From positions 1 through 55,662 of the forward strand of contig JBAZYZ010000002.1 of assembly GCA_041659085.1 (NCBI GenBank): 55,662 bases of DNA, written 5' to 3'. This document shows positions 1 through 8,183 of the stretch, one piece after another. The position numbers and the translations under genes were made by a program. Source of the DNA: Minisyncoccota bacterium. GTDB taxonomy: Bacteria; Patescibacteriota; Minisyncoccia; Phycocordibacterales; VMEP01. Below the pieces are notes generated by a model. The model made no database searches and had not been told where the DNA came from. It saw only the letters and a program-made list of their open reading frames with translations. The stretch's first letter is position 1. Each line of letters starts with the position of its first letter.

Positions 1-1
1 T

Positions 2-382
2 TTCCCGGACGGGCTAAAAACGCAGGTGGGTGAACGCGGGGTCCGTCTTTCCGGCGGAGAAAAGCAGAGGGTCGGTATCGCAAGAGCGTATGTTTCGTTA
101 CTTGCGGGCGCGGAAGTACTCGTCTTGGACGAAGCCACTTCAAGCCTTGATTCGCAGTCGGAAAAGGTGGTGCAGGAGTTTATTGAGCGGTTGCGCGGCG
201 AGAGAGAAATAATTATCGTTGCCATCGCCCACAGACTCTCAACCATCCAGAAGGCGGACGTGATTTGCGTCCTTGATTCCGGACGAATTACGGAAACCGG
301 CGACCACGACCAGCTTCTCAGAAAAAACGGCCTATACAAGCGTCTTGTCGATTTGCAAAAACTTGGCGAGATACGCGAGTAA
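2..382 (+). CDS. ABC exporter ATP-binding domain, C-terminal fragment (gene begins upstream of the window)
   Basis: Frame is open from base 2. ABC signature LSGGEKQR, Walker B LVLDEATSSLD and H-loop AIAHRL are present. MsbA-type C-terminus. Confidence 0.85.
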   Translation, partial: FPDGLKTQVGERGVRLSGGEKQRVGIARAYVSLLAGAEVLVLDEATSSLDSQSEKVVQEFIERLRGEREIIIVAIAHRLSTIQKADVICVLDSGRITETGDHDQLLRKNGLYKRLVDLQKLGEIRE

Positions 383-398
383 GGAAACGTGTGAATTG

Positions 399-426
399 AA
401 ACCCCGCTTTAAGAGCGGGGTTTTTT
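399..426. terminator. Intrinsic terminator hairpin between convergent genes
   Basis: aaaCCCCGCTttaagAGCGGGGtttttt: 7-bp GC stem followed by a T-run, placed between the ABC gene stop and the DoxX stop. Confidence 0.7.
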
Positions 427-864
427 CTATAACGGCAAATCAAATGCCCAAAAACCCGCGCCGGTCAAAATCAAAGAGGCCGATATCGCAACGGCGAACA
501 AATAGAAGCCCAGACTTTGTTTGATGAGTTCTCCGTGCCGGATTTTGACATAAAGTCCGCTCAAAGAGATTACCAAAATAATAGCGGCAGAAATTTGCGT
601 CAGAAAGCCTGCTATAAGACCGAGTCCGCTAATAGTCTGTACTAGGCCTAAGATCCAGGCCGTGACCTTGGGGTTCGGGGAATTGAGGGAAGAAAGGATA
701 TGGGCTGTCTGGCCCTTCCGCGCGATTTTCATATATCCCGCGTACAAAAAGATGGCGCCCAATATGAGACGGAGAAGAAACGGTCCGATGAGTCCGAAAG
801 CAAGAAGCGATGGAAATGTGTTCAACATGGTTGTATCATAGCAAATTATGGCTTGCCTCGCCAA
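427..864 (-). CDS. DoxX family membrane protein
   Basis: 145 aa, about 4 hydrophobic helices, DoxX-like LLRLILGAIFLYAGYMKI segment. Confidence 0.7.
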   Translation of the reverse strand: MARQAIICYDTTMLNTFPSLLAFGLIGPFLLRLILGAIFLYAGYMKIARKGQTAHILSSLNSPNPKVTAWILGLVQTISGLGLIAGFLTQISAAIILVISLSGLYVKIRHGELIKQSLGFYLFAVAISASLILTGAGFWAFDLPL

Positions 865-900
865 AATTTTAATAAAATTTAAGCGGGCAAGCGTGAATTT

Positions 901-1386
901 ATGCGGAAATTAGAAACAAAAACAATTTATCTTATACTGCACAACATTCGGAGCGCCTACAATGTCGGCGCGATTTTTCGCACGGCAGACGCTATCGGCG
1001 TGAAAAAGATTTATCTGACCGGGTACACGCCCGCGCCATTGGACCGTTTTGGAAACCCCAGGAAAGATATTGCCAAGTCAGCCCTTGGCGCGGAAAAGAC
1101 TGTTCCCTGGGAGTGGTCAAAAAATCCGTCAGCGCTCGTCAGAAAACTAAAAAAAGAAAAGATATTTGTCGCGGGACTGGAACAATCCGCGAAATCCGTA
1201 GATTACAAAAAGTTCCGTCCCGGGGCGCGGACCGTTCTTCTTGTGGGAAACGAGGTGCTCGGCATTTCAAAACAGCTTCAGGGCAATTGCGACGCGCTTA
1301 TAGAGATCCCCATGCGCGGCGGCAAAGAGTCTCTCAATGTTTCGGTAGCCGCCGGCGTAGCGCTTTACAGGCTGTTTGATATTTAG
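901..1386 (+). CDS. SpoU/TrmH family RNA 2'-O-methyltransferase
   Basis: 161 aa. YNVGAIFRTADAIG, LVGNEVLGIS and IEIPMRGGKESLNVSVAAGVALY are the SPOUT knot motifs. Confidence 0.85.
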   Translation: MRKLETKTIYLILHNIRSAYNVGAIFRTADAIGVKKIYLTGYTPAPLDRFGNPRKDIAKSALGAEKTVPWEWSKNPSALVRKLKKEKIFVAGLEQSAKSVDYKKFRPGARTVLLVGNEVLGISKQLQGNCDALIEIPMRGGKESLNVSVAAGVALYRLFDI

Positions 1387-1390
1387 GCGG

Positions 1391-2260
1391 TTAGTAAACG
1401 TATGCGCCGATTGGAGTGTTTCCTTTGTCGTAAAACTCTATAGTGTCGTGATCTGCCCATAGTTCAGTGTTTGAGCCGAGATACACGCGCCACTCACCCT
1501 CTTCGTCTTTTTGGAAATCGATATTCTTTTGTTGGTCAATAACACACTGATTGTAAGTGACGCGGGTGAATATAAAGTCGCGGCAGATAGGGGAAATTGT
1601 TTTGGGCAGGGTGGATATCTGCGCCTTACATGAGTCCATGTTGTTTATGTAATTCAGGCAGGCGTTGTTCAGCGGGTATTTTTCCAGTGTGTCCGGAAGT
1701 ATCGGTGAAGGGCAGGAGTCTTTTAGCGCCGGCGTAAAATTTTGGAATTGAGACAGGTATCCGCTGCAGGAATTTACCTTGAAAGAATCTCCGACGGGGG
1801 ACTTGCCGGAAATCAATATTGCCTTTTCTCCGCGCGCTAAATAAATGTCTCCTTTTTCATTGGTCTTGCCGGAAACAAAGACGGAGGCCCCTTGGGGTAT
1901 GACCGCGCTTCTTCCTTTTGCTCCGACGAGTTTCCATCCTGTGATATTAATCGGGGTGTCGCTTTTCCCCATTATTTCCAGATATTCTTTTTGCGGGTTT
2001 CTTTCACTGAGGTTTGGGCGCGTTCCGAGGGCGACCTGTCCCCGGTTTATGGGGGTATTCAGAGTTTCCGGAATATCCAGTTTAACGTCCGGCAGTTTGC
2101 CGTACGCCTCTCCCGTGCTGAGCGGAGACGGCGGTTTCAAGAGATAACCGTTTTTTGATTCGTAGCGCGAAGGTCCGCCGGTTATAACCCAGACAGCCCA
2201 AATTACTATAACGATTATGGCGAGCCACTTTAAATCTGCAATCGGGTCAGATAAGTCCAT
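1391..2260 (-). CDS. Membrane-anchored secreted protein with a lamin-tail-like (LTD) segment
   Basis: 289 aa. N-terminal anchor WLAIIVIVIWAVWVI. INITGWKLVGAKGRSAVIPQGASVFVSG resembles the LTD beta-sandwich. Cys-rich C-terminal half. Confidence 0.45.
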   Translation of the reverse strand: MDLSDPIADLKWLAIIVIVIWAVWVITGGPSRYESKNGYLLKPPSPLSTGEAYGKLPDVKLDIPETLNTPINRGQVALGTRPNLSERNPQKEYLEIMGKSDTPINITGWKLVGAKGRSAVIPQGASVFVSGKTNEKGDIYLARGEKAILISGKSPVGDSFKVNSCSGYLSQFQNFTPALKDSCPSPILPDTLEKYPLNNACLNYINNMDSCKAQISTLPKTISPICRDFIFTRVTYNQCVIDQQKNIDFQKDEEGEWRVYLGSNTELWADHDTIEFYDKGNTPIGAYVY

Positions 2261-2264
2261 TTAT

Positions 2265-3152
2265 TTACCGTTTATTATTTTGATGTTTCGGGCAGAAATG
2301 AGCGCTTCTTCCGCCGACTATTTTCCTTTCGATTATACCACCGCAGCCGCGCTTTTCGCATCGTTCTCCCTTCTTTTGATAAGCATGATGTTTTTCCTGA
2401 AAGTGTCCTTTTTCGCCGAAGATGTTCCGGTAATCGGACATTGAATCGCCTCCGAATTCTATCCCGCCATTCAGCACTTCCTTCATGGCGATGAATAATT
2501 TTCCTAAATCGGGGACCTTGATTAAACCGACCTTAGTTTCGGGATGTATGCCGGCGCGCCAGAGCATCTCGTCGGAATAAATATTGCCGATGCCCGCTAT
2601 TACCGTCTGGTCCATCAAGACTGTTTTTATTTTTCCGCGGGGTTTTTTCAGTAACCTTCCGGCGAAAACTTCATAATCAAAACTTTTTTCCAGAGGTTCC
2701 GGCCCCAGATGGGCGAGGTGGGGGGAATGGGACAGGGTGTTTGTTTTCCCCAGTACAATTTTGCCGAATTTTCTGGTGTCGGAGAAAGCCAGGTGTTTCC
2801 CGTTGGAAAGGGAGAAAACCGCGTGAACAAAACGGTTAAAAGGGTCATTTAATGGCCCACTTTGCGCCGGCACCCATTTTTTATTTTTTATTTGCCATTT
2901 GCCGTATAAAAGATGCCCGGTCATTTTCATGTGGATGATTATGGTGGTGTCGCCGGAGAGGTTTATCAGAATGTGTTTCCCGCGTCTTTTTACCGACACG
3001 ACTTTTCTGCCTGCGGTTTCTTTTTTAAATTTCGCCAACGTGTCCCCGCGGAACATTTTTGGCCAGTCGGTCCAGACGTTTGTGACAATTTTCCCCGGCA
3101 AAACAGATTGCAGGCCGCTCGCGGTTGTTTGGACTTCGGGAAGCTCAGGCAT
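2265..3152 (-). CDS. mutM: Formamidopyrimidine-DNA glycosylase (Fpg/MutM)
   Basis: ATG at 3150-3152 gives MPELPEVQT..., the Fpg N-terminus with catalytic Pro2. C-terminal zinc finger CEKRGCGG...HFCPKHQ. The 428-aa track ORF is an in-frame upstream extension. Confidence 0.9.
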   Translation of the reverse strand: MPELPEVQTTASGLQSVLPGKIVTNVWTDWPKMFRGDTLAKFKKETAGRKVVSVKRRGKHILINLSGDTTIIIHMKMTGHLLYGKWQIKNKKWVPAQSGPLNDPFNRFVHAVFSLSNGKHLAFSDTRKFGKIVLGKTNTLSHSPHLAHLGPEPLEKSFDYEVFAGRLLKKPRGKIKTVLMDQTVIAGIGNIYSDEMLWRAGIHPETKVGLIKVPDLGKLFIAMKEVLNGGIEFGGDSMSDYRNIFGEKGHFQEKHHAYQKKGERCEKRGCGGIIERKIVGGRSAHFCPKHQNNKR

Positions 3153-3208
3153 AAGGACAGTTAAAAGGAAAAATGCGGAAGTTGCAAGCTGCGGAATATT
3201 ATCTTTGC

Positions 3209-3214
3209 TATAAT
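3209..3214 (+). promoter_or_regulatory. -10 box (TATAAT) 7 nt upstream of the amidase ATG; probable leaderless start
   Basis: gcTATAATatatttcATG; no Shine-Dalgarno sequence fits in the gap. Confidence 0.45.
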
Positions 3215-3221
3215 ATATTTC

Positions 3222-4478
3222 ATGCGACATTATTTTGTGATTGCTTTGGCGGTTATTTTTTTTGCGGTCTCGGCGCTTTTGATCAGCTACAGCGACGGAG
3301 TCAAATATATCGGCAGGGCTGTGGAATTTGCCGGAAACCAGCTGGCCGCTTTGGTTACCCACAACCCAAAATCCGTTGATTACCTCAAGGGTAAATATCA
3401 GTCGGCCGGGCAGGAAATGCCGGAAAAGAAAATCCGCATCCTTGTAATGCCGGGGCACGAGCCCATGTATGGCGGGGCGGAATTCAGAGATATCAAGGAG
3501 CGCGACTTGAACGTTGAGTTGGCAAATAATCTGGCCGCATTTTTGGGGCAAAATACCAGGTATGAAGTTCTTGTGGGGAGGTCAGCTGATTCATGGAACC
3601 TTGGTCTTGCAGAGTACTTCAGGTCTCAATGGGATGAAATCATCGATTGGCAAAAGTCATATCGCGAGGAGATGTCGCGCTTGATCGCTATCGGACAGGT
3701 TCCTGAATTAAAGCCGAATTTCTCCAATCCGGATGCCCCGCGGGATGTCGCGCTGCGTCTCTATGGGATCACCAAATGGGCGAAGGAGGAGGATGTCGAT
3801 GTTGCGATTCATATTCACATAAATGATTATCCCGGACACGGTTTATGGGAGCGGGGGCCGTATTCCGGTTTTGCCATATATGTTCCGGCCAGCCAATACC
3901 TAAACAGCGTGACAACCCATGCTATTGCAGACAAGGTTTTTAATCGTTTGAAAAAATACAATCCGGTCAGCAATCTTCCGGGGGAATCCGTCGGTATTCT
4001 TGATGAGCCGGAAATGATTGCAATCGGCGCCAACAATACGGCTGACGCCGCCAGTCTGCTCATAGAGTATGGCTATATATACGAGCCTCAGTTCTTAAGC
4101 CCAGAGATCCGCAGCTCGGCTCTCAAAGACTTGGCGTACCAAACGTACCTTGGTTTGCAGGATTTCTTTGACCCGGCCAGCGCCATGGCTATTGCCCGGA
4201 CCTATGACACATTGGTGTTGCCTCACGCCTGGACTGCGCCGATTAAGGAATCGAATCGCGCCAACCGGGATGTTTTTGCTCTTCAGACAGCTCTTCTGTT
4301 CGATGGTCTTTATCCGCCGGTGGGCAAGGACAAGAATGAATGTCCCCGCACCGGCAGAATAGGTTCTTGCACCAAGGCGGCGGTGGCGGCCTTCCAGGAA
4401 AAATATGGGATTATTGGAGGGGAAGGAAATGTTGGCCCGAAAACTATTGAGGAGTTAAACAAATTATACGGGGCCTAA
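3222..4478 (+). CDS. N-acetylmuramoyl-L-alanine amidase with a C-terminal peptidoglycan-binding domain
   Basis: 418 aa. N-terminal TM helix. Amidase_3-like VMPGHEP...AIHIHINDYPGH...GFAIYVP. C-terminal PG_binding_1-like ALQTALLFDGLYPP...CTKAAVAAFQEKYGI. Confidence 0.7.
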   Translation: MRHYFVIALAVIFFAVSALLISYSDGVKYIGRAVEFAGNQLAALVTHNPKSVDYLKGKYQSAGQEMPEKKIRILVMPGHEPMYGGAEFRDIKERDLNVELANNLAAFLGQNTRYEVLVGRSADSWNLGLAEYFRSQWDEIIDWQKSYREEMSRLIAIGQVPELKPNFSNPDAPRDVALRLYGITKWAKEEDVDVAIHIHINDYPGHGLWERGPYSGFAIYVPASQYLNSVTTHAIADKVFNRLKKYNPVSNLPGESVGILDEPEMIAIGANNTADAASLLIEYGYIYEPQFLSPEIRSSALKDLAYQTYLGLQDFFDPASAMAIARTYDTLVLPHAWTAPIKESNRANRDVFALQTALLFDGLYPPVGKDKNECPRTGRIGSCTKAAVAAFQEKYGIIGGEGNVGPKTIEELNKLYGA

Positions 4479-4487
4479 AAGGAAAAA

Positions 4488-4514
4488 TAAAACCCGGCTG
4501 AAGCGGGGTTTTGC
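4488..4514. terminator. Imperfect hairpin between convergent amidase and Mur ligase genes
   Basis: aaaaCCCGgctgaagCGGGgtttt. Confidence 0.45.
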
Positions 4515-4517
4515 TTC

Positions 4518-5801
4518 TTATTTTTTTAGATTTTTCAGTTCCTCTCTTACTACCGTCGCGTCATCCCACTCTATCTTTGTTCCGTTCGGCCCCATCAAAT
4601 ATGGGTCTGTGCCTTTGCCTGTGATTAAGACGGCGTCACCGGTTTTGGCGCGCCTTAGTCCTTCGCGCACGGCTTCGCGCCTGTCCGTTAAGATTATCGG
4701 TTTTTTGTTTTTTATTCCCTCCGCGATGGATTCCGCGATTTCTTTCGGATTTTCGTCGTAGGAGTCGTCGTCGGTCAAGATTATTTCATCGCAGTAGGCG
4801 TCCGCCACCCGTCCCATCTCCGGGCGTTTCCACTTGTCGCGTCCGCCGCCAGTTGCCCCGAAGACGCAAATTTTCCTGTGGTTCTGGAACACCTGATACA
4901 GTTTTTCCATAGAATCGGCGGTGTGGGCGTAATCCACGATTACTTTGAAGTCCTGTCCTTCATCTATATCCTCAACGCGCCCGCGGATGCCCCGGAATTT
5001 CTCTATGGCGCGCCTGATTGTTTTGTCGTCTATGTTTTGCGATTTGGCGAAAGTGACCGCGGCCAAAATATTGTAAAGATTGAACTCTCCCGACAGGTGA
5101 GAATGTATCTTTTCTCCGCCCAGTGTGAAATCTATGCCGCTTTCGTAAAGATCAAACGGTTTGGCGTCCTCAATGGAAAATTTGCGTTTGTCGCTTACTT
5201 TAAAATTCAGAAATTTGCCGGCTTGTTTGTCGTCGCCGTTTGCCACTATGACTTTTTTGTCTTTGGGGGATTTTTCAACCTCGCGCGCGATGGAGAGCTT
5301 GGCTTCCAGGTAATTTTCAAATGAGCCGTGGGACTCTATGTGCTCCGGTGAAATGTTTGTAAACACAAGCCCGTTTAAACAAATGAACTTGTGCCTGAAA
5401 AATCTCGCGCCCTCTGAGGTTGTTTCGACTATCGCGTAATCGCATTTGGAGTTGGCGGCCCTACGCAGTATTTTCTGAACGAAAAACCGCCCCGGCATGG
5501 TCATCTTAAAGAGATTCCGCTCCTCTTCTTTTCCGACTTTAAAACGCAGAGTGGAGATTATAGCTGTAGTGTATCCGGCTTCCTCCAGAATGGCGTTTAC
5601 TATCTCCACCGTACTGGTTTTTCCCTTGGTCCCGGTCACGCCCAAAACGTAGAGCTTACGTCCCGGGAAGCGATATAGGAGAGCTCCAAAGAGAGCGAGG
5701 GAGTAGTGGTACGCCGGCTGAAAAAACCGGTAGAGTTTTTTTGGTATGAATCTTTCTATCCCCCTGAGTATTTTTTCCATCATTTTATTTTCCATTCCCA
5801 A
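4518..5801 (-). CDS. Mur ligase family protein (MurE-like UDP-MurNAc-tripeptide synthetase)
   Basis: 427 aa. P-loop GVTGTKGKTST and Mur ligase middle and C-terminal domains. TDDDSYDENP stands in place of the MurE DNPR motif. Start is ambiguous (5801, 5795 or 5783) and the ORF overlaps the ruvA stop. Confidence 0.75.
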   Translation of the reverse strand: MGMENKMMEKILRGIERFIPKKLYRFFQPAYHYSLALFGALLYRFPGRKLYVLGVTGTKGKTSTVEIVNAILEEAGYTTAIISTLRFKVGKEEERNLFKMTMPGRFFVQKILRRAANSKCDYAIVETTSEGARFFRHKFICLNGLVFTNISPEHIESHGSFENYLEAKLSIAREVEKSPKDKKVIVANGDDKQAGKFLNFKVSDKRKFSIEDAKPFDLYESGIDFTLGGEKIHSHLSGEFNLYNILAAVTFAKSQNIDDKTIRRAIEKFRGIRGRVEDIDEGQDFKVIVDYAHTADSMEKLYQVFQNHRKICVFGATGGGRDKWKRPEMGRVADAYCDEIILTDDDSYDENPKEIAESIAEGIKNKKPIILTDRREAVREGLRRAKTGDAVLITGKGTDPYLMGPNGTKIEWDDATVVREELKNLKK

Positions 5802-6363
5802 GAAGCTTGAGAGCCTCCTTTACCCGAGACCCGGCGCCCAAGATTTCGCGAGGCACTTTTTTAAGGGCGCTCCGCGCTTCGTGCTGTGAATATCCAAGCG
5901 ACTGGAGAGCTTCTATGGCGTCTGCTTCTTCCTGGAGTTCGGGCGTTCCGGTGTCGGTCCATGCGCCAAGTTTGTCGCGGAGTTCAATTATTATTTTCTC
6001 CGCGGTTTTCCGCCCGATGCCGGAAACTTTCGTGAGATACGAACTGTCGCCGGAGGAAACCGCCTTTTTGATGTTTTCAACAGGGGCTATGTTCAATATG
6101 CCGAGCGCGGAGCGCGGTCCGATTCCCGAGATGCCGATGAGAAGTTCAAAGAACTCAAGTTCCGCTTTTTCAATAAAACCGTACAAATCCATCGCGTCTT
6201 CGCGGACAGCGAGGTGAGTCCATAGCCTGATGGCGTCTTTTTTCTTGCCGGCCAGGCGCAGGTTTTCCATAGACAAGTAGACCTTATATCCGACACCGCC
6301 CACATCCAAAATAACGTAACGCTCGCCCGTAAACACCACATTCCCAGTAAGTTGCGCAATCAT
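5785..6363 (-). CDS. ruvA: Holliday junction branch migration complex subunit RuvA
   Basis: 192 aa. MIAQLTGNV...YVILDVGGVGYKV OB-fold start, two HhH motifs (ISGIGPRSA, VSGIGRKTAEKI), C-terminal domain III. Confidence 0.92.
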   Translation of the reverse strand: MIAQLTGNVVFTGERYVILDVGGVGYKVYLSMENLRLAGKKKDAIRLWTHLAVREDAMDLYGFIEKAELEFFELLIGISGIGPRSALGILNIAPVENIKKAVSSGDSSYLTKVSGIGRKTAEKIIIELRDKLGAWTDTGTPELQEEADAIEALQSLGYSQHEARSALKKVPREILGAGSRVKEALKLLGNGK

Positions 6364-6423
6364 AGGCTTATAATACTAGAAAGTTGTCTTTTTGGCATAT
6401 ATTTGGTACGATGCCGCTTACAT

Positions 6424-6687
6424 ATGGCATTAACTAAAACAGCGCGAAAACAAATAAGAGTTTCAAAAAGGCGTAAGGTTCACAATGACCGCCGGATGAA
6501 AGTGATGAAGAGCACCGTAAAGGATGTCCGCAAGCTTATCGTGGGTGGGAAGAAGAATGAAGCTGAGAAACTCTTATCCTCCGCTTTTAAGGCGCTTGAT
6601 AAAGCGGCCAAGCGCGGAGTTATAAAGAAAAACACCGCTTCCCGGAAGAAGTCGCGTCTCGCTAAGGCCCTCAAAAAAATCTCTTAA
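6424..6687 (+). CDS. rpsT: 30S ribosomal protein S20
   Basis: ATG at 6424 gives MALTKTARKQIRVSKRRKVHN..., a basic 87-aa protein typical of bS20. The track ORF start at 6352 is an upstream extension. Confidence 0.9.
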   Translation: MALTKTARKQIRVSKRRKVHNDRRMKVMKSTVKDVRKLIVGGKKNEAEKLLSSAFKALDKAAKRGVIKKNTASRKKSRLAKALKKIS

Positions 6688-6694
6688 TGAAATA

Positions 6695-6721
6695 AAAACC
6701 GCCCCATCTGGGGCGGTTTTT
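6695..6721 (+). terminator. Intrinsic terminator after rpsT
   Basis: aaaaCCGCCCCatctGGGGCGGttttt. Confidence 0.85.
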
Positions 6722-6729
6722 GGTATAAT
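6721..6729 (+). promoter_or_regulatory. Extended -10 (TGgTATAAT) 6 nt upstream of the rhodanese ATG
   Basis: tGGTATAATtgtgggATG. Confidence 0.5.
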
Positions 6730-6735
6730 TGTGGG

Positions 6736-7053
6736 ATGGATAAAAACCTGACGCCGCTTGAGGCGGAAGAAAAAATAAAAGCGGGGGGCATCTCTGTCCT
6801 CGATGTCCGCACGCCCGAAGAATACGCCGAGGGGCATATAGGGGGGTCGCTTAACATGGACGTGTCCGAGCCGTCTTTCGCTCAGGGTATTTCAGTCCTT
6901 GATAAAAACAAGGAGTATCTCGTGTACTGCCGGAGCGGGGGACGCTCAAGCACCGCGCAGGAAATCATGGCGAAAGCCAGCTTCCGGAATGTTTATAACC
7001 TGTCCGGCGGCATCATCGCCTGGAACAGAAGGGGTTTACCGATTATTAAATAA
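6736..7053 (+). CDS. Rhodanese-domain sulfurtransferase
   Basis: 105 aa. Active-site loop YCRSGGRS. VLDVRTPEEYAEGHI. Confidence 0.85.
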   Translation: MDKNLTPLEAEEKIKAGGISVLDVRTPEEYAEGHIGGSLNMDVSEPSFAQGISVLDKNKEYLVYCRSGGRSSTAQEIMAKASFRNVYNLSGGIIAWNRRGLPIIK

Positions 7054-7123
7054 ACAACAAAAAAAGACGACATTCATTTGTTTCCCATTATATGTTATAT
7101 GTTATGTGTTGCTGATTGAGTAT

Positions 7124-7195
7124 GCCCTTGTCGTTCAATGGATAGGACACTCCCCTGCGAAGGGAGAAATGCAGGTTCGATTCCTGCCAAGGGCA
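7124..7195 (+). tRNA. tRNA-Arg (anticodon GCG)
   Basis: Hand-folded cloverleaf: acceptor GCCCTTG/CAAGGGC, D stem GTTC/GGAC, anticodon stem CTCCC/GGGAG with loop ctGCGaa, T arm GCAGG-TTCGATT-CCTGC, discriminator A. No CCA encoded. Confidence 0.85.
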
Positions 7196-7206
7196 CAAAA
7201 ATAGCG
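7182..7206 (+). repeat. Direct repeat copy 1: tRNA-Arg(GCG) 3' end plus 3' flank
   Basis: tcctgccaagggcacaaaaatagcg; recurs at 7350-7376 with two 1-nt indels. Confidence 0.8.
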
Positions 7207-7218
7207 GAGCGATTTTGC

Positions 7219-7363
7219 GCCCTTGAGCACGAGAACTGCTTCTCGTGCGTGCAGGAATCAAAAAGGTTGAACGTATCGTAACGAGCCTTTGGTGAAGTGA
7301 GATGCGAAACCTGTACCGTTCCCGTAGGGAAAGATAAGTGTAACCACGGTCCTGCCAAGGGCA
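7219..7363 (+). other. tRNA-like or pseudo-tRNA element (145 nt) bounded by tRNA-Arg acceptor and T-stem halves
   Basis: 5' GCCCTTG and 3' CAAGGGCA form the same 7-bp acceptor stem as the neighbouring tRNA. GCAGG (7251-7255) and CCTGC (7351-7355) re-form its T stem around a 95-nt insert. An 8-bp hairpin GCACGAGA/TCTCGTGC replaces the D and anticodon arms. Confidence 0.4.
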
Positions 7364-7376
7364 CAAAAAATAAGCG
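7350..7376 (+). repeat. Direct repeat copy 2 of the tRNA-Arg(GCG) 3' end plus flank
   Basis: tcctgccaagggcacaaaaaataagcg. Confidence 0.8.
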
Positions 7377-7417
7377 TACTCGCGACCATGTCAATTAGTG
7401 TTATTGTGTTGGTATCC

Positions 7418-7489
7418 GCCCTCGTAGTTGAATGGATACAATACCTCCCTCCGAAGGAGGTGGTGACGGTTCGATTCCGTCCGAGGGCA
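7418..7489 (+). tRNA. tRNA-Arg (anticodon CCG)
   Basis: Acceptor GCCCTCG/CGAGGGC, anticodon stem CCTCC/GGAGG with loop ctCCGaa, T arm GACGG-TTCGATT-CCGTC, discriminator A. Confidence 0.85.
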
Positions 7490-7495
7490 CTGTAA

Positions 7496-7981
7496 TTAAA
7501 ATCCCAAAAAATCCATTATTGATTCGGATATCGGCACGGCGTGCTCCTCCTCATGGAGATTGTTGAAAAGGATTTCTTTTATTTTTTCGCTGTTTGCGGT
7601 GCCTATGGGAATGATAATCAGTGGTAGAATCGGGCGTTTTAATTTGAAAAACAGCTGGGGCGGCTGCATTTTGTCGTTAATCCAAAATGACTCGATATTC
7701 TGGTATGTGTAGAGTTTTTTGCCTATTTTTATGCCGCGTTCATCTATCCGGAATTCTTTTTCTTCCGGTGGTTGGTAAGAATGTACCGCAACGGAGAAAG
7801 CGGAGACGATTATAAGAACGGCAAACAGATAATTTTGGAAAATAATAGCGGCGATTGCGACAGCGATGGAAACAATGACAAGCGCCCAATACCAGTCGCG
7901 GGTCTTCTCTCTGTATTCGTATTCATAACCGCGCCAGGAAACCATCGGCTGGTTTTCTTTTTTGGTATCGTGTTTATCCAC
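7496..7981 (-). CDS. Hypothetical membrane protein (two TM helices plus a soluble C-terminal domain)
   Basis: 161 aa. WYWALVIVSIAVAIAAIIFQNYLFAVLIIVSAFSVAV hairpin. No motif recognised. Confidence 0.5.
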   Translation of the reverse strand: MDKHDTKKENQPMVSWRGYEYEYREKTRDWYWALVIVSIAVAIAAIIFQNYLFAVLIIVSAFSVAVHSYQPPEEKEFRIDERGIKIGKKLYTYQNIESFWINDKMQPPQLFFKLKRPILPLIIIPIGTANSEKIKEILFNNLHEEEHAVPISESIMDFLGF

Positions 7982-8035
7982 GCCCTAACTTTAGCATTTT
8001 TGACGGTAAACAAAAATGCCTTTATTGGCGGATGG

Positions 8036-8123
8036 GGTGAGATTCGAACTCACGGTGGGTTGCCCCACTCTTGTTTTCAAGACAAGTGCGTTAGACCACT
8101 CCGCCACCCATCCATCCGGAACA
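8036..8123 (-). tRNA. tRNA-Ser (anticodon UGA), CCA encoded
   Basis: Reverse complement GGATGGGTGGCGGAGTGG...CTTGTcttGAaaACAAG..., long variable arm, T arm GTGAG-TTCGAAT-CTCAC, then CCCATCC-G-CCA. Confidence 0.9.
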
Positions 8124-8171
8124 AATTTAATCTAACATGGACACTGCGTTTTATCCATACGCCCTTTTTGC

Positions 8172-8177
8172 TATAGT
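8172..8177 (+). promoter_or_regulatory. -10 box (TATAGT) 6 nt upstream of the aminotransferase ATG
   Basis: gcTATAGTgtccttATG. Confidence 0.45.
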
Positions 8178-8183
8178 GTCCTT

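Noticed and set aside
2265-3551. A 428-aa ORF that would give Fpg a 133-aa N-terminal extension overlapping the amidase gene on the other strand.
   Set aside because: Fpg requires an N-terminal Met-Pro-Glu-Leu-Pro-Glu-Val. That sequence starts at the internal ATG at 3152. The upstream part has no coding character and overlaps the divergent promoter and the start of the 3222 gene.
7088-7394. Two ~95-aa minus-strand ORFs spanning the tRNA-Arg region.
   Set aside because: They run through two tRNA genes and the tRNA-like element, and the translations are Arg/Ser-rich nonsense. The region is RNA-coding or non-coding.
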